A stretch of DNA of 64,000 bases. It comes from Toensbergia leucococca (taxonomy: Eukaryota). The stretch is taken from positions 62,001-126,000 of the forward strand of contig JALDZS010000042.1 in the NCBI GenBank assembly GCA_022813965.1. Reading direction: 5' to 3'. The notes under the pieces were generated by a model. That model ran no database searches. It saw only the letters and a list, made by a program, of their open reading frames with translations, and was not told the origin of the DNA. Made by a program: the position numbers and the translations under genes. This document shows, piece after piece, positions 21,035 to 34,335 of this stretch. The stretch's first letter is position 1. Every line of letters begins with the position of its first letter.

Positions 21035-24000
21035 CGCTCGAATACAGATTTCAAAGAATGACCGATACTCATGGGTGGAGAGCTTGTGCTCTTCAGATTT
21101 ATGAAGGGAACGCTCGGTGACAGAGCGCACTGCATGTGCAGAGCTGGGAGTCTTTTCAGGTTGAGAATTTGTGATCTAGCCATGGACGGGTATTTACACG
21201 GCCATTTGAAATAGCTGGTGGGTTTCTCTTTGCATTTTGGCTGATTTGCTGGCGTTAAATTAGAGCATAACATACCCTTCTGACAGTTTTAATACGGGAA
21301 TGAATTGTTTGCTACCCATAGAAAATACACGATTTCAAGGATGGCCAATTTTGGGTGTGCCGTCTTCGAACGCCCGGTGGAAGTTTCCGCGATGCAGGTT
21401 TGCTTACTTCAGCGCGCCAATCTCACCGCATGCGTACTTGACTGGATATGTCCATGCGGGGCTTGATATTAAGATTCACTCAATGAATGCGTGCCGCACA
21501 AGCTGATAGGATGCTGTCCGGCACAAGGAAGTTGGTGTTGCAAGGCATGGCACTCGTGGGGGTCCGTTCGTGAATGGCTTTCCAACGGTCGCTCTTGCCA
21601 CTGGCGAATCAGGCGTCGAGTCCGCCGCCACAAAAATCTCACGGCCCTATTGTGGGCCAAAATAGTCGTGTGACGTTGTCGACTACAAGATCTGGTGCCC
21701 CAGCTTGAAATCTTGTTGATCCGACGCTGTAAGCGCCGCCTGTCCGCTTCCAGAGAAAGCGTGTCTCCTGTACATACTTCAAGACTGGAACAACGTTGGA
21801 AGCCATGTACCTTCCGTCATGGCAGATAGTCTGCCTGAGACAGGTAGTGGCATACAAGTTCGCAAACGCCATTGGAGGCACTATTGCGACGACCGCTTTG
21901 CCGAGATTCGAGGTGCGAATAACGCTTGACTAGAATAGTGAGACTGCACTCTGCATCTGCGTTCTTAAGAAGCAAATAAGCATGTCTACTTGAGGAAGAA
22001 TGCAAAAATATCGTCGCCGATTCGTTCAGTGGTTCTGCACCCAAAAAACGGGCTACGGCCTTTTTTTTGCATCCTTGATACGGGGTGAAAACGACAGCCT
22101 TGAGTGTGTAGTTGACTTGAATGCCACGCTTGAGCTATTTGGCAATAGCAGCCAAGTTGCGTGTTTGTCCAAGTGTACACACATTTGCTTTTGTCACGAT
22201 TGATTAAGGTAGATGGCTGACAAAACAATTCAATGATGTTGTATTCTGCGTCGTCTTTCTTTTCAGAGAAACTGAATGAATTACTTTGACATCTATGCAC
22301 ACTGAAATGGTCGAGTACCGCCGCTCGACCTGGTACATATACAGGACTAATTTCGTCAATATTGAAGCACTTATCCAACATATGGTACCAAATTCCTATA
22401 TCATGGAGCCGATAACACTGCAGAGACCACTACAGCGACTCTTATCAGCAGGCTAACCAGCCTAATCGAGCAGGTTCGAACGAACACACATCATCTCCAC
22501 ACGTGGAACACCTCAAGCCATAGCCCTGATGAATCTGCTACGTCTGCCTGCACAGCCATGAAAATTGTGGAAATTACGAATCCTTCGATTCAATTGACAG
22601 GCATCTAGAATGTATTCCAGGGACTCATATGTACCTCGGGACGAACCCCTGCCATCCGCCTCTCGCAGTATACGCAATAGCCTCCAATAGCGGGACTCTA
22701 AATTTCATTCCCGGATACTTGACTTCATTGCTTGGAAGCGGGGGCGTCTGTTCGAGGTTTTGATAGTGAAGCCTCATGTACTTCTCAAGACTTTCGAAAA
22801 TTGAGGAATTCTATAACAAAGCTCGGCCTCATTAGGTGTGCAAGGATTGGAAGCACCATTGACAGGCGTATGTGTACTGCAAATGATCGGTCTAATAGGC
22901 TGGCATAGCGGTGCCCAGAATATGGGGCAGAAGAGGTCTTGACAGGCTCGAAAGGTAAGGATCTTGCATCTGCTACACGATGGACATTGAAAGGAGGGAA
23001 AGGTGTCTGTACGATCGAGCATTGATTCTGGCTTGGTCGAGGGAGGCGGCGAGGAAATGGTCATTCGAGACATGTACCTCAGCTCCTCACGTACTATCTG
23101 GACACGCCGAGTGCAAAGAGGCTCGTATTCACATCAACTGACTTTTCAACTTACGGCTATCTCAATGCAACCTCTTTGCTTACATGAGGCCACAATTCTC
23201 AAGTCTTGGGAGTCATTGATGCCTCGATATAGACTCCCTCGGTATAGTCTCTGGCAAAACGGCTCCTTGACCTTCTTCTGTTCATCTCCCCTAGACACAA
23301 TTCACTCCTAGTGCATAAACCAGTTACGCAAAGACGAAATCTATTGTGATCAGACGACGGTATTTCCGAAAGTAACGAAGTCGCACAGAGGTGATCCATG
23401 TGAGAGATTTGTGCCATTTGCTGCCTCCTGTTTTCCAACGAAGATCAGCAGTCCAAGTCCTTTGTTTCTCAAAATAGACTCGTAGCGACGATCAGAATTG
23501 CCGATTTGACCCGTCACAAGCTGTGGTTTAAGGCTTTCCCTCAAGCTCACGATTTGGCTTTCGGCCATTCGGCTGCCACGTTGTCCGGCTGCCGAGCATG
23601 GGGAAATCTTGGTGTACCCCCCTAATCTACCCCCCACAGGAAAAATAGCGAAAATTCTAATGTACTGAGATTGCTCCGCTCCTCGGATATTGGTCCATTG
23701 TCAAGGACAGACAGTAAAGCCTAAATGGACTAATGCACTTTCCTTCTTTCCTTGCTTTCTAATAGTTTTAGAAAGTGAGGGCTTACCTTGAATTGTCCAA
23801 GTGTGTTGAGTTGCTAAATTTGGGGTTCGGTCGAGAGATTGCTCAGGTAACTCGGCCGAGAGGTTGACTCGGTCCGCACGGAGCATCTTGGTGTGGGAGT
23901 AATTCAGGGGCTTGGCATATATTGATATAAGTTCATATGAATCCAGTAGCAATGAAGGTAGCACCTTGTAAAAGTTTCGAGGCTTGTTTCTTTGCTTATA

Positions 24001-27000
24001 ACCGTGCATAATTGCTGCCATGGCCGCAAACAGCACGATCACTATGGAGTCCTAGCCAGGCTCTGACCTAAGCCAAGGTGCAGAAATTAGATCCCCTGCT
24101 GAAATGCGATAACTCTACCATCGGTGCCGGCTTTTTCAGCTGATGCTGGGACCAACACGGAGTGGTTTCCCTCGGCTCATTCATTCCCTCTTCGAGAGTC
24201 GCTCCGAACCCTGTCGATACCTTCAGGTTGGTCGCTGTACCGCCATCCTTTGATGCGAAACTAGAATTTGCAAGCCGTGCTTGGCCTACCTGCATCCGAA
24301 CCGCGTTGTCACTTCCAATCTCCACTTTGCAAGTTACTCATCATGCGCGCTTTCGTCACTTCCGACCAGTAAGCCGTCGACGAGCATCTCCATCGTAGAA
24401 TCGCCCATGCAATTTAGTTATCGAAAAGCACAATGTCAAGTCGGCAGTCGGTATTTCGACATGCGATTCAACCCTGAGAATGCATGATGAAGAAACAAGA
24501 GGGCCGCATAGGCGTGGGGGTGAGAGGCCTTCAGGTAGACGGGCAGCATTGCAACTCCGAGGATTCAGGATCCATTCTCGATGAGGGTGGCCGCTATCAG
24601 GGTGCGAGCATCGGGCTTCAGGCCCGCCAAGACCATCAAAACTAGACTGAGTTGTAGGATCCAGGGTACCCATGGTAACCGAAAGAAACGAGCCATGGTA
24701 ACGCTGCCGTTAATCGACCTGCTTGAGATGAAGAATGTCACGTTAGGGCTTGAGGAACTTGGCCTTATCAGGTGACTTGGCAAACCAAGAGTCTTGGTCG
24801 CTATCCTCAGTTGCACTTACGTGTCTTGGAGGTACTGGAGATGACCTTCATTCAGGAGCCTGGAATATAGAATTTTGTTGTACTTCAGCATTATCCCAAA
24901 TGATTTACTAAAGCCTTCAGCCCTGTAGAGGTAGGCGGTGTACGTAGAACTCCTCTTACCTTAAAAATGAGTCAGCCGGCAATTTCTTCAACAAGCAGTA
25001 AGCTCCAAGTCACACAAAGTAGACTCCTGACAGGCAGTCCTCTCACAAGTGATGAAATCCTCATGTGACGGTGACTCGGCGCTGAGGGCCAATCAACACG
25101 GTCCTTGCTCTTTCTCTTCCCAACCGGAAGGACTGTATCGTCACACAATCGGTATTTGAGTCATAAAGGGGCGCGACGCCGCCGAGGTCGTGAAGAAACA
25201 TGTATCAACACAGCAACAAGTCAGCTTTTGTCCTTTACATCTTCGCCTCTATCGCTTCTCGGCGCTTCTTTTTACAAAAGATTAACCTAGAAGGTTAAGC
25301 AGAACCTCGTCGGTAATGGTAGAAAATCTCTGCCGCTTAGAGCCTTGGGGACCGAGTTCAGGAAGCACTGAGGGGAAGCACATCAAGCTAGTAACATCGA
25401 CAAGGTCGCAAGAACTGATAGAAAGAGGACAGGATTTATTCTGAGATTCCTAGCATTCCTACACTGAACGAGTCTGCGAGATATCAGAATCCTCTATCGT
25501 TGAAGACATTTCCAACAAGACTTCTTGCTCCCGGGGTGAAACGCATATCAAATGAGATGAAATTACAGGACATAGGAGACGGGGGGTTGGCTCCCCATTC
25601 GATAAAAGAAGCAAAATCGATATTTATAAAGACATCGGCTTTGTATCTGAGACGAAAATGCCTAGAACAATTGGACACGACTTGCGGCTAAGCGAGAACA
25701 ATAAATGAGATCAAGTACAGCTACTATACTTTAGGTATGGTGGCAACTTGTTGGGCGAGTTATCCGAGTGGTAGAGCTCTCTCAATGGTACATTCAGTCC
25801 CAGTGCTATCCTCTGTGATGGCAGTTACTCCCAAGCGTTAATCTAACCCTAGTGTGTGTTGTGTCATATCGAGGCTGTTCTCCAGTCCAGGTTTCAGTGT
25901 GCAGTATCATTGACAGAATGAAGACGAATTCAGTGCCAACAGACTACCATCGTAAGGCATTTGACTTGACACCAATTGGTTCATGTCCGGGTGAGTTTTC
26001 AACTGTGGAATGCACTGGTCAGCTGAGATAGACATGGTAAGGTTCTCCTTTTGGATTACCCACAGATGTGTGAGGTTCAGATCTGGTAGAAGTGGTATTG
26101 ACATGCGGAATACTCACAGGGGACGAGCTTGGAGACGATGGTGAAGACCGAAGTGGTTTGACCAGCAGTCGAAAAGCTGCAACAGGAAGCACAACAGGCA
26201 TTCAATGTCATCCTCACTATGGTATGCAGAAAATGAGAGAAACACAATAGATCCGACCATCGCTGACGGTCTAACTCAGGCCTAGTCGCGGCCGAAGAGA
26301 ATACTTTGTCGTGCAGGTAGACTTTCGCATGGTTGGCTTAGGGCCTTCCATAGGGCTGATAAGGGTAACAACACCGGCGCCCACGGCACCAACCCTCAGA
26401 AGCTTGCATATGAGATAGATGAAGACGACAAGCTCCTGACCCTGCGATCCTCCGCCGGCCTGACACTATTTGAGGGTGAGAGTGCACCAACAGCGCCTCT
26501 CAAATATACAAGGGAGGTGCTTAGGACTGAGTGAGCTGAACCTGAGTCTGTATACAATTCAAACTCGATTATGAGCTTTTCTCTTGATCCTGTCATCATC
26601 AAAGCCAAGGTGAGACGCTTCATTCTTCGTAACATTACTTATGCTTTTTGCAGTCTCAGGAACGCCGGTTTTCCTAGCAGAAGTCAGTCCGGCCTTCACG
26701 GGAATTCCACGATCAATCAATCAATCAAATATATTGATACACCCAGGGTAGTTATTCAATCACAGTCAATGCGTGTTTCTAAAGGCACCCTACAGTCTTT
26801 GACTGCAGGTTTAAATTTGGAGTTTTGTGAGCCGTCCGTACAAAAGACAACGGGTTGTATTAGACCTGCTAAATAACATATGTACCTCGTTTCTTTTGCC
26901 CAACCGATTATAAACTTTTCAGCTCCACGACTCGAAATCAAGGAGCAGACTATTTTGTAAAGCTATTCTCCAACCCTCTGCAGATTGTGTCTTCATCCTA

Positions 27001-27896
27001 ATCCACACAAGGGTCGATTTCTCGAACATACAAAAATCCCCTGTTCCTGTGGTTCTCAGAATGTGCCAACAACTCGAGACAGCACTACCAGCCAAGAACT
27101 ATTACAACAAGCTTGATGGATTGTTTGGTAGCCCTCATAATCTTAAAGCTAAAAGAACATTTACTGGGGTCAGACGGAAAAAGAGAGTATCTTCCAGATC
27201 AGTATAGATATAGACAAAATATTAGATATTAGGCTATGTGCCAAGAATCAAATTTGTAGTATTATTGAAAGCGTTCGTGGCCTCGAATTACAAAGCTATT
27301 TGCTTTTGAGTTCGATATGGTCCAACCTCTTATATAAAGTGACCAATTTCAAATGTAATATTCATGCCTGCTAGCACCCTGGAGAGTGCTCACAGTCTAG
27401 TACAATTCCTAAACTTCCAGCTTCGTGAAAGATGATGCTTCTACGACTATTGAAAACCAGGTAGAAAAATCATGGTTCTAAGGTTCTCATTTAATGTCCA
27501 GTAATGAGCTTCATCAGCCCTGCAGGAGGATAAAAATGGAGCATAAAAATGGAGCAAATGAATGAAGTCTTGCTCATCTCTGCTCATCATAAGTGGGTTC
27601 AATTGAATTTGAACGCTCAATAACAGGGGTGGCTACTTGTGTTTCGGTGAAACGTAGGTATGCTGAAGTTGCAATAGACTTCGGTGGACAGTGGAGAGTG
27701 GGTAAAAGCCAGCCCTACGACGCAGCGAGTCTAGCGACGAGATGAACCTCCTGAAACACAAGCCACGCACCTCCTAGAAAAAGAAGTAATCCATCAATCA
27801 CTCGATCCAAATAAAAGAGCAACGCTGCAAGCGAGAACATACAACCTTAGGCTCAGGGTGAATTGGTGTAATTACATGTTTCGGTCCCGTTAATAA

Positions 27897-29336
27897 ATGT
27901 CAACCCCCGAGGTGGATGCTGGTGGTTTTCAACGGACGCTGAAAGACCTCTTCGCTGGTGCCGCTGGAGGTATAGCTCAGGTTCTGCTAGGTCAGTGGCA
28001 TGAATGTAGATCTTTGATTCGGTGCCTTGGAGTTTCTGCTCAAGCTTGCCTCGAACATTGTGGAAATGGACAAAATATTACCTATGTTCTCTATCTACGA
28101 ATACACTTGCTTGCTTTGGACATCTTTCTTGATATTCGAGAAATCTCCAGGGTGATTTAGAATGAAGCGTTGGAAAAACGAAGATCAGGGACTAACTCTT
28201 GACTCGCGTGTTCAGGACAACCGTTCGGTGAGGATCCTTGGAAGTAGATCATTTGAAGATGGCATCTCATTCATCACGATTCAGACATTGTCAAGGTCCG
28301 TCTACAAACGACTACTCAATACCCGAATGCTTTAGACTGTGCAACCAGGATCCTCAAAGATGAGGGAGCTACAGCATTCTACAAGGTGTGCTGTTTCATC
28401 TTCTGCTAATGTATATGAAAGTTGATAGTTATACTAAATTTTTCGGCGTGGCATCTTAGGGTACACTGACCCCACTGGTTGGCATCGGCGCTTGTGTAGG
28501 TCGAAATTTCTTCGAGACCCTCATCATGATGCAGTCATGCTTTGCGGAAACAGCATCCTCATTTGACAAAGCTTCTTGATACCCAGTCTACCCCATCCCA
28601 CACTCACAATTACCTTCTAGGTATCCATCCAATTTGGCGCCTTCCACTGGGCTCGCCGACAATTTGAGAATTCAAATACCTCTTCCAACCCGCTGAAACC
28701 GGGTCTCTCGTACGGCCAGTACTACGCCTCAGGGGCCTTTGCAGGCGTTGCGAATTCCGTCATTTCGGGCCCGATTGAGCATGTCCGTATCCGACTACAG
28801 ACGCAGCCGCATGGAGCAGCACGCTTGTACAGCGGACCAATCGACTGCATACGCAAGCTCTCAGCGCATGAAGGCGTTCTTAAAGGGTTATACAGAGGTG
28901 AGGCAGTAACAATACTGCGAGAAGCTCAAGCATACGGAGTGTGGTTTTTGACTTTTGAATACTTGATGAATGCGGACGCCTCACGAAACAGAACCAAGCG
29001 CGAGGATGTCTCAAGCCTCAAGATTGCAGCGTATGGAGGGCTGGCGGGAGAGGCTTTGTGGCTCTCAAGCTATCCTTTGGATGTGGTAAAAAGCAAAATG
29101 CAGAGTGATGGCTTTGGAAGTAACATGCGTTACAAGAGTATGAGCGACTGTTTCACGCAAATATGGAGAGGCGAGGGAGCACGAGGCTTTTGGAAGGGTA
29201 TAGGGCCCACACTTCTGAGGGCTATGCCCGTCAGTGCCGGTACATTTGCTGTGTGAGTTGCAGCCCTCTTGCCCGTGCAGAATTAAACAGCTGATGAACG
29301 CGTAGTGTGGAGATGACAATGAGAGCGATAAATTAG
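27897..29336 (+). CDS. Mitochondrial carrier family protein (Ymc1/carnitine-acylcarnitine carrier-like), 6 exons
   Basis: DLFAGAAGGIAQVLLG|QPFD|IVKVRLQ, PIEHVRIRLQ and PLDVVKSKMQ give three Px[DE]xx[KR] signatures. Last exon VEMTMRAIN* ends at 29336. Confidence 0.9.
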
Positions 29337-29479
29337 AGGATCTAGGCTCTCAACGTATTCAACACAACTTCAATGAAATCGCTAATGTAGATTGAATCTT
29401 TAAATGAGAAGATGTCATTCCAACAATGATGTTACTCATCCTCGGATCATATAAAAGCTTTCTACAGTCGCTCCTTATG

Positions 29480-30605
29480 CTACTTTGCCAACTTCGTTGG
29501 CGTGTAAGTGACTTCACCTTCTTTCGCTTTCTTCCTTCTTTTCATCTGGCCTTCCTCTCCTGCTTTACCTAAAACTCCGGCCACTACTTGCACGCACCTC
29601 AAGCTATCGTCATTAGCGGGAATAGGATAAGTTACCCATGTTGGATCTGCGTCCGTGTCAATGATACCGATAGTCGGTATACCATTCAGTCCGCATTCAT
29701 GCAGCATCACCCAATTTTCCAGCGGATTCAGGCAAACTACCAAGTCCGGCTTCAGGGCTGGGCTATCTAACAAGAAGTCGTCAAAACCCTCGACGCTCCT
29801 ATCAAATTCGTCGACAAATTTTGTCTTGCACCTGCCTAGTATTTGGTGCCCATTCGTAATACTTCCCGGAGTCCATCTCTCAAATAAGTGGCACCCACTG
29901 GCCAATTTTGCGGCATTGACTACACATCTGGTTTGCCCTGGTCTTGTACCTACAAATAGAATCAAGCCTCTGCGCTCGGCAACGCCCGAGACGACACAAC
30001 AGGCGCGGCGAAGATGAGCAGCGGTCACCTCGAGCGAGATGATGTGAATTCCCTGGCGAATACCGAAGATATAGCGGGAATTCATGGGGTTCCAGAGGGA
30101 TGTAGAATGGCCGAGATGAGATTGTGACGCCATAAGGAGCTCGAGCGTTATAGAGGATGGAGACGGCGGGTGAGTGAGGAGGGTATTAGGCTGGTAGTGT
30201 GGTGTAATGGCGCTACCGAGACGACCAGTCGTGCTAACTACGTACAAGTCAGTGTAGAACACACCAATCGAAGTATAAGTAAGCTTTGCGTACGTTGGCG
30301 CTTGAGAGAGTGGTATGTACGAGCTACCGGATCGGGTTCAAAATCAGTGGTACTGTGAGATTCATCGTCGATCTGGGACACACGGCCTGACGTATCGTTC
30401 TGCAGGAGAGATTCTATTGAAGGGGTGTCCTGTAGACTATTGGTGAGGGATGAAGCAATTGAGTCGACTTCGCTGGCGAAAGGTCTGGTCCATGACCTTG
30501 TGGGAGCTCTCGCCAGTGAGCGACCTGCAGATTTATTAGTAAATGATTGACTTGATAGATCTAGTGGTACATGCCATGCCGCGATAAAGATTGTCTTATG
30601 ATCAT
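29480..30605 (-). CDS. MRP4: Mitochondrial 37S ribosomal protein uS2m, 3 exons
   Basis: Presequence MIIRQSLSRHGR; S2 motifs HLGHSTSLWNP, YIFGIRQGIHII, RWTPGSITN, PTIGIIDTD, PIPANDDS. Confidence 0.9.
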
Positions 30606-30774
30606 TGGAAGGGTATTTGAGTTTGCGAACATCGAGCTGGAAGGTTGTCTCTTGCTTTTCATAGGGTGGAGGACGACTTGGAAGGATTTAAAAACATGTT
30701 TGCATTGTTTGCTCTTCTTAGAATATGCCGACACACCTGCATCCAGCAGCCATCAAAGCTTCAGCCAATGAACT

Positions 30775-33551
30775 ATGTACGATGATACTTCATACTACTC
30801 TTTCCTGCCCAGTGCACAATCTCAGGAGGAGAGACCGCAAATCGCAACTCACAGAAGGAAGCAGTCGCTACTAAAGCAGCCAAACGTAAGCCACAGCATC
30901 GCAGCTCTGGCCTAAATCTTTTCTGATATCACCTGCAGGAGGATACCCAAGCTGACCTTGGTCTGACAGATGGCTATGAAGAAACGCATGACTCTAACAA
31001 AATAATCGTTGGACCGCCCCAAGCCACCTTGAGTCGGCGAAGTCAATCATATAGCGATTTCCGCTATGCTGCTAAGACCGTACTCTTCCAGGACGTTGCT
31101 CCTATTGGACACGAAGACAGCCAGCTTAACGCTGTAAAACAGGTCAATAATGAGCTTGACTTCTTGGGCTGGTATCATGATCTGGAGAACCACCTTCTTG
31201 ATGCCAGCCACAATGAATATATGTCAGTGGAATGCCTTTAATGTCTCAGGAAACGCTCGGTTTGTTTAGAGGAGGCTGATTTCTACGTGACCGTTGTAGA
31301 GCCTATCAGGACCAACTAGAGTCTTCGCAATCGCATCTTGAGTCCTTGTTGTCTAATACATCGTCAACCCTCAGCCTCTTGGCTTCATTGTCCGATTCAT
31401 TCAAGGCTGTGGGGGCCCAGACGGTGGCATTCCAGAATCAATGTGAAGGGCTGCTATCGGAGCAAAAGAGGATCACAGGGCTTGCAGATGACCTTGAACA
31501 AAACTTGCGATACTATAGCTATTTGGAGCCAATCACAAGGAGGTTGAATGCTCCAGGTGCAGGAAGCTTTGTAAGAAGCAAGGAGTTCTCAGAAATGCTC
31601 GCATGTTTAGATGAATGCTTGATTTACATGCTAGCCCACGTGAGTTTCAATTTCCATCTCGCTGCAAAAATTGAACTAAGTCATTAGCCATCTCAACGAG
31701 AGGCATCCACGTATCGATCACGTTATCGCTTACTATTGACGAGGGGCTTGACATTGATTCGTGTCAATTTTGTTGGTGCATTGCGTGAGATTGCATCAGA
31801 TGTAACGAGACGGATTGCTGATCGCCAGCTTAATGATACTACGATGTCTGCCTTACTCTACGCGAAATTCCGCGTGGGCGCTGCCGAGCTCAAGGAGGTT
31901 GCACAAGAGATTCGAAAACGGGCAGTCTTACCGGATGGTGCTGAAACCGGTGCCGAAGCTGAATATCAGAGTCTAATGAACGAGCTTTACACCAGCTATT
32001 CAGCTACGCGTGGTAGACTCGTAATACCACTTGCCCGAAAGAACATTGGAGCCATTTCTTTGGCACCTAGTACCTCAAAGGACGTTGTAGCTTTCGCACG
32101 AACCAGCATTGGCTACACCCGAGGTATATGCTCTGACGAGTATGAGCTTTGGCGTGAATGGTTCGAGGGCGAGGAAGGTTTGTACGACTTCTTAGAGTCA
32201 GTCTGTGAAGCTTTGTATGATTATCTACGACCGCGCATCATCCACGAAAATCAACTGCTGAAGCTCTGTGAGCTTTGTACCCTTTTACATACACGATACA
32301 TGCGCGATCAGGATGAAGAAGCAGAGCCATTGGACTCATCTCAGCTTGATTTCTCAGACTTAATTCATCCAGCACTCGAAGACGCTCAGACTAGGCTTGT
32401 CTTTCGGACTCAAGCCATCTTGCACGATGAGATCGAAAATTATCGACCAAAATCCGCAGACCTTGATTATCCCGCTCGAAACCGGCGAGTATCGCTGTCC
32501 GGTACCAAGTCAAACGTTCCAATTACTTCAGGTAAAAAAGTATCAACCACCGAACCAGCCACACCGGTGCCCAAGGATCCGATGATAGTGGAGGAGAGTG
32601 ACTCGCCGAACAGTCGGTGGGGTTTCGATACCGAGGCTGCTTTCGAAGGGTGGTACCCAACCCTACGGAAAGCAATTTGGCTCCTCAGTCGTATATATAG
32701 GCTGGTCAACGTAAGTCGTGGCGGGTGAAATTTCAGATTGTTGTAACTGATGTTAAATATAGAGCACTGTTTTTGATGACTTGGCACACCAGATCGTTCA
32801 CCAGACCACACTATCATTGCATCAAGCTGCTAATCAAATCAGCTTGAAAGCTACCAAAGTGGATGGACAACTATTCCTTATGAAACATTTGCTCATACTG
32901 AAGCAGCAAATTGTGGCATTTGATATTGAGTATGTCACTCCAGATGTGTCATTCGACTTCTCGGGTGTTACGAATACATTCTGGGAACTTCGGGAACGTG
33001 GTGGTCTTTTCGATCCTCGAAATCTCTGGCGATTCATGGGCGGCGGACTATTACCTAGGGTTGTCGAGAACATGCTAGACGCAAAGGTGGAGTTAGACGG
33101 TCGACTCAGAACGGTGATCAATGATTTTACGAATACATTCGTCGGGCGAATAACCCATTCCATTGATGACACCACAGTGACTAAACGCAGCTTCGATGGT
33201 GTTTTGGCCTTGAAAAGAACACAGGAAGCTTCAGTCAGGGAAGCTCCGTTGTTGAGACGTAAGCTGAGCGAATATCTCGATGACGTCCGAACTAAAGAGA
33301 CTCTTCTTGGTGCGGTACAAGACCAAGTGATTCAGAGATATGAGATGTTTTATGAAGGGTATCTAGAAGGGAGAAAATCAAATGGTAAAGGGGTTAGTAG
33401 TAAAAATGGCAAGGGAAGAGATGATGAGGTATGGGACGCGGATACATTCTCTGAATGGATGGGAGGAGTGTTTGGGGTTGGACTATTCGGGATGCAAGAT
33501 AGGGACGAGGGTAGCAGGAGTAGGAGTGTCAGCCGCACCGGGAGCATGTGA
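30775..33551 (+). CDS. COG3: Conserved oligomeric Golgi complex subunit 3 (Sec34), multi-exon
   Basis: LRYYSYLEPITRRLNAPG, YRLLLTRGLTLIR, LLYAKFRV, DAQTRLVFR, WYPTLRKAIWLLSRIYRLVN|STVFDDLAHQIVHQT, LFLMKHLLILKQQIVAFDI. Confidence 0.92.
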
Positions 33552-34335
33552 CGGAGGTCTAGAGTTGCTGGTATTTTTTCCATACCTTACCCAGGCTTCT
33601 AGTACAGCGCCCATCAAAGCTTGGGATCGCAAGGATTTAGAGGCTCCAGATATGGAAGAAAATTATTGAAGAAAAGAACTGATCCAACAGATCAAAGAGA
33701 CATCAAATGTTCTGTTTATCGGATTTTCTTAGGGAGAAAGTAGCCTTGGGAAATGAAATAAAGGTTGGCGCATTTCGGGCTCAGACCCTAGATAATATAC
33801 CTACCTACTCGTACTCAACCACTTCTGTTCGCCTATGATGATACCTTGGGAAGCGTGAGGAGACGTTGAAAATGTCCGGGAACTATATCCCTTGTATTTT
33901 TGTCAGAGTTAGTGATACCCTACACAGTATGAGTATCCGTACTCGTACTGCTGCTGTAGGCTCGAGGGTTATCAGAATCACTCGCTTAGATATCGATGCC
34001 CCGCGATGAATCTTAGATAGAGGAACTACTGTGCCACCAACGCCAACGCCGTTTGAAAGTGCATTGCATCGCTTTTGATAGGTGGTCAATCAATCCCCCA
34101 GCTTCAAGTTATTGCTATCGGATAGACATCACCTTCCGTCGATTTATCAGAATGCAGTCCACGACTTTCGTATCTAGCAGCTGATCGAAAGCTGCGTTGC
34201 GCCTGCTTCGTATAGCTGTGCTGTGCGGCTGAACAGCATACCTCCATGACAGCTGTCCTCAGTCCAAGATAAGACCTTCTCTGAACACGACCGCTCCTCT
34301 ACACGATACTGTGAAGTTTTCTGTCCGTCTTCGAC

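Noticed and set aside
21035..27896. Intact transposable element
   Set aside because: No transposase, RT or integrase motifs, LTRs or terminal inverted repeats were recognisable by eye.
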